This document shows, piece after piece, positions 57,864 through 64,000 of a DNA stretch of 64,000 bases (its first letter is position 1; every line of letters starts with the position of its first letter). The notes under the pieces are model-generated. The model was given only the letters and a program-made list of their open reading frames with translations. It did not search any database and was not told where the DNA came from. Source of the DNA: an uncultured Nitrososphaerota archaeon (GTDB lineage: Archaea; Thermoproteota; Nitrososphaeria; Nitrososphaerales; Gagatemarchaeaceae); NCBI GenBank assembly GCA_963718895.1, contig CAVRAG010000008.1, forward strand, positions 160,001 to 224,000, written 5' to 3'. The position numbers were made by a program, and so were the translations under genes.

Positions 57864-58787
57864 CTAGAGAAGGAGCCCCGCCGCGAGGAGCACGGAGAAA
57901 GCTATGGAGTGCAGGAAGACGCGCATCGTCATCCTTGCGTACTCGGGAACCGGCCTCTCGACCCGCGAGGGCAGCCCCTTCAGGAGAAGGACCGGCAGAG
58001 CGAGGAGGACGAGCAGGGTGGAGAGGGGTATCTCCCCAATCGCTATCAGCACAAGCGTGACTGCATAGGCAACGCCCGACAACCCGAGCGTCAATCGCTC
58101 GGTGCTCACCCGACCGAGGACGACGGTAAGGGAGCGCTTCCCGGCGGCCTTGTAAGAGTCGTAGAAGATCATGTCGTGGGTCAGGACTATGTTCGTCGTC
58201 AGGATCCCAGGCGGAATCGAGACGAGCAGGGGGAGCAGCCTCAGGCCACCAGTGAGGATGTAGAACGTGCCGAGAACCGGGATCATCCCGAAGCTCAGAA
58301 ATATCGCGATCTCGCCGAGGGCGAACCCCCTGTAGTCGAGCTTGAGCGGGGGCGCGGCATAGAAGTAGCCCAGGAGGATGCCGGGGATTGCTATGGCCAG
58401 CGCGATCCAGCCCACGGTCGCCGAGAGGTATAGCGCCACGGCGATGCTCAGGAGATAGAAGGTTCCCGAGATGGTGAGACCCTGGCCGACCGACATCAGT
58501 CCCCTGGGTATTGGTTTCCAGCCTGGAAACTCCTTCGGAAACATCTTCTCAGAGACCTGGTCTACCCCGTTGACGAAATCATAGACGTCGTCGATCGAAT
58601 TGGAAGCTATCAGGAGAGAGGCGCTCCCCATAAAGAGCAGGCCTAGGAGCAACGGATTGAGGGACCGGGAGACGTACCAAGCTGCGGCGGTCCCCACCAG
58701 CAGCGGGGCAAGTATCACGGGGAGGAATTGGACCCTCGCAAACCGGATGAACAATCCAAGACTCTCACCCAGAGACCGACTGGGCAT
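57864..58787 (-). CDS. UbiA-family prenyltransferase, MenA-like
   Basis: NSIDDVYDFVNGVD, YAAPPLKLDYRG..GE, DSYKAAGKRSL. Confidence 0.85.
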   Translation of the reverse strand: MPSRSLGESLGLFIRFARVQFLPVILAPLLVGTAAAWYVSRSLNPLLLGLLFMGSASLLIASNSIDDVYDFVNGVDQVSEKMFPKEFPGWKPIPRGLMSVGQGLTISGTFYLLSIAVALYLSATVGWIALAIAIPGILLGYFYAAPPLKLDYRGFALGEIAIFLSFGMIPVLGTFYILTGGLRLLPLLVSIPPGILTTNIVLTHDMIFYDSYKAAGKRSLTVVLGRVSTERLTLGLSGVAYAVTLVLIAIGEIPLSTLLVLLALPVLLLKGLPSRVERPVPEYARMTMRVFLHSIAFSVLLAAGLLL

Positions 58788-58789
58788 GC

Positions 58790-59797
58790 TTAGCTTGGAG
58801 CGAGGGTTTCCATCGCATAATTAACGTTTCCAATGGGCATCAGGATGGGAAGGTCGACCCCCGCCTTCTGATACTCCTCGATCCGGGAGCGGGCCTCCTT
58901 CGGCGTCCCCGCGATGGTCAGGGCGTCTATTGCCCTGTCGGGCACGAGGCTGCGGGCAGCAGGGTCGCCGCGCCTCCACGCCCCCCTGAAGAGCTCTATC
59001 TCTGGGAGGCTGACGCCGTACTCCTCGAGGGTCTCGGGTTTGATCACCTCGCCCAGCTGGTAGAGGAAGAAGTAGAAGTTCCTGACGACGTCCCTTGCCT
59101 TCTTGCCGTCCTCGTCGACCGAGGTAAGCACATAGGACGCCTTGTCGGCGGTCCTCCCCGCCTTCGTCTCACCTGCGCGGACGTGCCCCACCATGGTCGC
59201 GGTCGTCCCGGTCGTGGCTACCGAAGGGGAGAGTATCACGCCGTCGGCCTCCGCACCGGCGAACGCCTGCGTCAGCTCGGAGAGGGAGGCTATGTAGACC
59301 GGGACCTTGAAGGCGAGCTTTATGTCCGATTGCATCTTCTCGGCGGTGTAGAACTCGCCCTTGAACGCCAGCTTCTCGCCGGCCCAGAAGCTACGGGAGA
59401 CAGCGACGTACTCCCTAATCCTCTGGAGGGGCCTGGTCTCGGAGACCGGGAAGATCTTGAACCCGATGTTGGGCACGGTGGGAAAGGACCCGAGCCCCAC
59501 GCCCATGATCGCGCGGCCCTCCGAGAGCTCGCTGAGGGAAGCGAAGGCCGCTGCAGCCGCGAGCGGGTGCCTCGTGAAGGTGTTTATCGCCCCGGACCCA
59601 ACCCGGATCCGCGTCGTGGAGAGCAGCACCGACGATATGTAGGAGAGAGCGTCTCGCTGGAAGAGGCTTTCATGGAACCAGATCGACTCGTACCCTAGGG
59701 ACTCCGCTTTCCTGCCGAGCATGACGGCGTCCTTCACGGGGAGGACCGGGTTGAAACCGACGGCCAGACGATGGGTCAACATGCGTCTCTCGTTCAC
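58790..59797 (-). CDS. LLM-class flavin/F420-dependent oxidoreductase
   Basis: AESLGYESIWFHE, TTRIRVGS, RHP, GRAIMGVGLG, ADGVIL. Confidence 0.88.
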   Translation of the reverse strand: MNERRMLTHRLAVGFNPVLPVKDAVMLGRKAESLGYESIWFHESLFQRDALSYISSVLLSTTRIRVGSGAINTFTRHPLAAAAAFASLSELSEGRAIMGVGLGSFPTVPNIGFKIFPVSETRPLQRIREYVAVSRSFWAGEKLAFKGEFYTAEKMQSDIKLAFKVPVYIASLSELTQAFAGAEADGVILSPSVATTGTTATMVGHVRAGETKAGRTADKASYVLTSVDEDGKKARDVVRNFYFFLYQLGEVIKPETLEEYGVSLPEIELFRGAWRRGDPAARSLVPDRAIDALTIAGTPKEARSRIEEYQKAGVDLPILMPIGNVNYAMETLAPS

Positions 59798-59871
59798 CTC
59801 TCCATTTAAGCAATCGAGGGCAACCTAGGAACCCTTATTGGCTCGATGAATCAAAACGCCCCTCCAGGGCA

Positions 59872-61003
59872 ATGCAGAATCGAGTCGGTATCATCGGAGT
59901 CGGGTCCGAGGGATTCAGGCCGGTGGTCTCGGACCTCTCGACGAGGGAGATGATGTATGAGGCTGCTGCTCGCGCCTACGCCGACGCAGCGATCGACCCC
60001 CGGAGGGACGTGGGCTCGTTCATCTGCTGCACCGAGGACTTCTGGGAGGGCTGGAGCATCGCGGACGAGATGGTCCCCGACCAGATCGGCGGCGCGGGGA
60101 GGCCTGTCTGCACCATCCCGGGCGACGCCCTGACCGGACTCGGGAACGCGGTAATGCAGATCCTCTCGGGCGTGGCCGAGGTGGTGACGCTTGAGGCTCA
60201 CTCCAAGGCGGCGGACGTCATAGACAAGGAGGCGGTAGAGAGGATGGCGCAGGAACCTTCGATGGTCCGGCCGGTCGGGGCCGGTGGAGACGCGCTCGCC
60301 GCGCTCGAGATGGACGCTTTCATGAGGGAAGGGCGCCACCCACGAGCCAAACTCGACGACCTGCTGGTCAGAATGAAGACGCAGGCCATCCGCAACCCCC
60401 GGGCGAGTTACGGCGCCGAGCTCACCAAAAGGGACCTGGAGGGCTCGGAGGTGCTCTCGTCCCCACTCAGGCGGATCGACAAGGCGCCCTACGCGGACGC
60501 CGGGGTAGTCCTGATTCTCGCTTCACAACGCTGGATACGGAAGAATAGGAGGCAGGCAGTCTACGTCGATGGGGTCGCCTGGGAGTCGTCGCTGCCCTGG
60601 TACGACGGGGGCGACGTCCGGACGGCCCGATATGCGAGCGGCTCGTACGCGAGGGCGCGTCTCCCAGGCCGGACTGGGAAAGGACCTCGGTAACTTCGAC
60701 CTGATCGAGCTCGACGACACCTACTCGTACAAGCTGCTGCAGCACCTCCGTTCCCTCGCGAAGAGCAGGGCAGAGGAGGAGAGGGTTCTCTCTGGGTCAG
60801 GGCCGGCCCTCAACCCGAGCGGGGGCTCCCTCGGGGTCGGGAATCTACTCGAGGCATCCGCAATGCACCGTCTCCTCGAGTGCGTGCTCCAGCTCCGAGG
60901 CGAGGCAGGACCCATCCAGGTTGAGGGTGCGAAGCGCGCCCTCGTCCAGTCTTGGAGAGGAGTCCCGACAGCCACCGGAGGGGTGGCGGTCCTTTCAAGG
61001 TGA
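59872..61003 (+). CDS. Thiolase-fold protein 1 (frameshift near 60660)
   Basis: VGIIGVG, REMMYEAA, NPRA, ELDDTYSY, NPSGGSLGVG, QLRGEAG. Confidence 0.85.
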
Positions 61004-61008
61004 TGTGC

Positions 61009-62177
61009 ATGATCAAGAGAAGGGTAGCCGTCATCGGGGCCGGCATGACACTCTTCAGAAGGAGGCTCCTGGAGACTGGAAGGGAGCTCTCCTACGAGGC
61101 TTCCGACATGGCCCTGACCTCCGCCGGGATGACAATGAAGGACGATCGACTCGGTGGTGGTCGGCAGCGCGCCCGACGCCTTCGACGGGGTGCACATGAA
61201 GGGCGAGTATCTGCTCGAGGGGTCGGGAGGGATAGGCAGGCCGAACACCAGGGTCTACGTCGGAGGAGGGACGGGCGTATTCACGCCGATCGGCGGCGTG
61301 GTGGCACGTGGCCTCGGGTCTCTTCGACACCTGCCTGGCCGTCGCCGAGGAGAAGATGTCCCCTCTCCACCCGCATCCGCAAGCCGCCTTCTGGTCCATC
61401 TTCGACCACACGACCGAGAGGCCGCTCGGAGTGACCCTCCTCTGGATCTTCGCCCTCGAGATGAGGAGGTACATGCACGCCTACAATGTGAAGGAGGAGG
61501 AGATCGCGCTGGTCGCCGTCAAGAACAAGATGAACGCGCTCGACCACCCGTGCGCGCAGCTCGGGGCGAAGATCACGGTCGAGGACGTGATGAGGAGCGA
61601 GAAGATCGTCTCGCCCGTGAAGAGATACGACGTCTCGCCGCCCTCGGACGGCGCGTGCCGCGGTGATCCTCGCCTCCGAGGACGTGGCGAGGAGGTACAC
61701 CAAGGACCCGGTCTGGGTCGACGGCGTCGGATGGAACGTCGACTCGCAGTACTGGACGAACAGGGAGCTGTGCTATCCCGACCTACGTGGAGAGTGCGGC
61801 GAGGATGGCCTACAAGATGGCCAAGATAGAGAACCCGCGGAAGAGCCTCGACTTCGCGGAGGTCTACGACCCGTTCGACTACAAGGAGCTCCACCACATG
61901 GAGGGGCTGATGCTCGCGAAGAAGGGCGAGGCCCCGAAGCTGACCAAGGAGGGGGTGACCCAGCGCGGACGGGGAGTTCCCGGTCAACCCCTCGGGCGGG
62001 CTCCTAGGGGTGGGGAACCCCATAGCGGCCGCAGGGTTGATGAAGGTCTGCGAGGTCTACTGGCAGCTCAAGGGCGAGGCCGGGAAGAGGCAGATCAAGA
62101 AGAAGGCCGAACGGGGCCTCGCCCAGGCATGGGGCGACCTCGTCCAGTGCGGGACTGTCATCACGATGAAGAGGTAG
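61009..62177 (+). CDS. Thiolase-fold protein 2 (several frameshifts)
   Basis: VAVIGAGMT, AEEKMS, VAVKNK.NA, SPPSDGA, EVYDPF, VNPSGG, QLKGEAG. Confidence 0.85.
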
Positions 62178-62186
62178 AGGGAGCCT

Positions 62187-64000
62187 TTGAGCAGGGTACT
62201 CTGGGAGCCTTCCGATGAGGTCGTCGAGAGGGCCAACATCACCGCCTACGCGCGGTGGCTGGAGAAAGAGGAGGGGGTGCGCGCACGACGGGTACCCCGA
62301 GCTCTGGTCGTGGTCGGTCCGAGGAGCTCGAGCGCTTTCAGGAGTAGGTCTGGAAGTATTTCGGGATGGAGTCGTCGCAGCCCTACTCGAATGTCCTCGA
62401 AAGCAGGACGATGCCCGGGGCGAAGTGGTTCACGGGGGCCGCGCTCAACTACGCCCAGCACATCTTCCGGGGCAGGGACGCGAAGACGGCGATCTCTGAC
62501 CAAGACCGAGCAGGGGGCGGTAGGCGCAGCGTCTCCTGGGGGGAGCTCGAGAGGAGGACGTCTGCGTTCGCAAGCTCGTTGAGGGAGCATGGGCGTCGGC
62601 AGCGGCGACCGGGTCGCGGCCTATCTCCCGAACGCACCGGAGGCAGTGATGGCTCTCCTCGCCTGCGCCAGCGTCGGGGCGGTCTGGTCGAGCTGCGCGC
62701 CGGACTTTGGGGCCCAGAGCGCCGTCGACCGGTTCAAGCAGATAGAGCCCAAGGTGCTGATCGCCGCCTACGGATACAGCTACAGGGGGAAGTGGAACTC
62801 AAAGGCCGAGACAGTGGAGCGGATCAGGGGAGCGATACCGAGCATAGAGAGGATGGTCATGGTCGGACCGGAGCCCTCGCCCGTCGAAGGGGCTGACCAC
62901 TGGGACGACCTGACGAGTTCGGGCGCGAGGCTCGGAGTTCGCGCAGGTTCCCTTCGACCACCCGCTCTGGATGCTCTACTCCTCGGGGACGACGGGCCTC
63001 CCGAAGCCCATCGTCCACGGCCACGGCGGGATTCTCCTGGAGCACTTCAAGACTCTGGCGCTCCACAACGACCTCAGGGCCGGCGACAGGATGTTCTGGT
63101 ACACCTCGACGGGATGGATGATGTGGAACTACCTCGTCGGCGCGCTGCTCCTCGACTCGACCATCGTCCTCTACGAGGGCGACCCCTTCTTCCCGGACGG
63201 GCACGCGCTCTGGGACCTCGCAGACGAGACTGGGTTGACCTTTCTCGGCGCCAGCGCGGCGTTCGTGGGCGCCTCGATGAGGGGTGGAATCGACCCTGCT
63301 TCCTCGCACTCCCTGGGTACGCTGAGGGGATTCGGCTCCACGGGGTCCGCGCTGACGGCCGAGGGTTTCGAATGGGTCTACTCACACGTGAAGGACGACG
63401 TCTGGCTGGCCTCGATCAGCGGGGGCACCGACCTCTGCACAGCCTTCGTCGGCGGATGCCCGATACTCCCGGTCCGCTCGGGGGAGATACAGTGCAGGAA
63501 CCTCGGAGCGGACATCGCGGCGTTCGATGAGCTTGGGCGCGAGGTAGTCGGAGAGATGGGAGAGCTGGTCATCAGGAAGCCGATGCCCTCGATGCCCCTC
63601 TACCTCTGGGGCGACGCGACCGGGGAGAGGTACAGGGAGAGCTACTTCAGCCTCTTCCCCGGCGTCTGGCGACACGGGGACTGGGTCACGATCTGCGAGG
63701 ACGGCGGCTGCGTGATCTACGGCAGGTCGGACGCGACCCTGAAGAGGATGGGCGTCAGGATGGGAACGAGCGAGGTATACCGCGTGGTCGAGTCGGTCCC
63801 CAGGGTCGCCGACAGCCTCGTCGTCGACATGGAGTTCCTTGGGGGGCGCTCGTACATGCCGCTCTTCGTGGTGCTTCGCGAGGGCGCTGTCCTCGACGAG
63901 TCGCTCGCAGCCCGATATCACCGGAAAGATCAGGAAGGAGCTCTCACCGAAGATGGTCCCCGACGACGATATTCGCGGTCGAGGACGTCCCGAGGACCCT
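62187..64000 (+). CDS. Acetoacetate--CoA ligase (several frameshifts, truncated by window end)
   Basis: LWEPS, MPGAKWF..LNYA, WSSCAPDFG, YSSGTTGLPK, TGWMMWN, SISGGTD, WRHGDW, GRSDATL. Confidence 0.9.

Noticed and set aside
12173-64000. Frameshifts in ggt, pyrD, srp19, scpA, smc (three), the FadF-like gene (two), both thiolases and the CoA ligase as pseudogenes, programmed frameshifts or further introns
   Set aside because: The junctions I inspected are repaired by a single-base indel, often in homopolymer or GA runs, with no extra sequence or BHB fold. They hit essential genes, which fits long-read assembly error. Only the rnhB break is a multi-base structured insertion.
1-64000. CRISPR arrays, tRNA/rRNA genes, transposases, integrases
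   Set aside because: None recognised by eye; intergenic spaces are short and lack regularly spaced repeats or cloverleaf signatures.

Overview
High-GC archaeal chromosome segment. rpS30e, TFE-beta, SMC-ScpAB, GatDE, Nop5/fibrillarin and archaeal MAT suggest a non-ammonia-oxidising Nitrososphaerota (Thaumarchaeota) lineage; this placement is an inference. Most of the window is housekeeping genes for translation, RNA modification, transcription, condensin and pyrimidine synthesis. It also carries a sulfur-relay cluster, a gamma-glutamyl amine catabolism cluster, a metal ABC importer, a thiamine-related region and an acyl-CoA/ETF cluster. Many genes have single-base frameshifts typical of an unpolished long-read assembly. 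Main finding: the RNase HII gene (rnhB) is interrupted inside its catalytic DEAGRG motif by a 29-nt insertion that folds as a canonical bulge-helix-bulge (BHB) archaeal intron. A free-standing double-LAGLIDADG homing-endonuclease gene ends about 30 nt from that site and overlaps the rnhB start. Together they look like a two-part mobile system (mRNA micro-intron plus free-standing endonuclease). Second theme: several conserved genes appear to start at non-canonical codons (ACG twice in an identical AAGAAGAACG context, ATA, CTG). All calls are from reading the sequence; no database searches were run.
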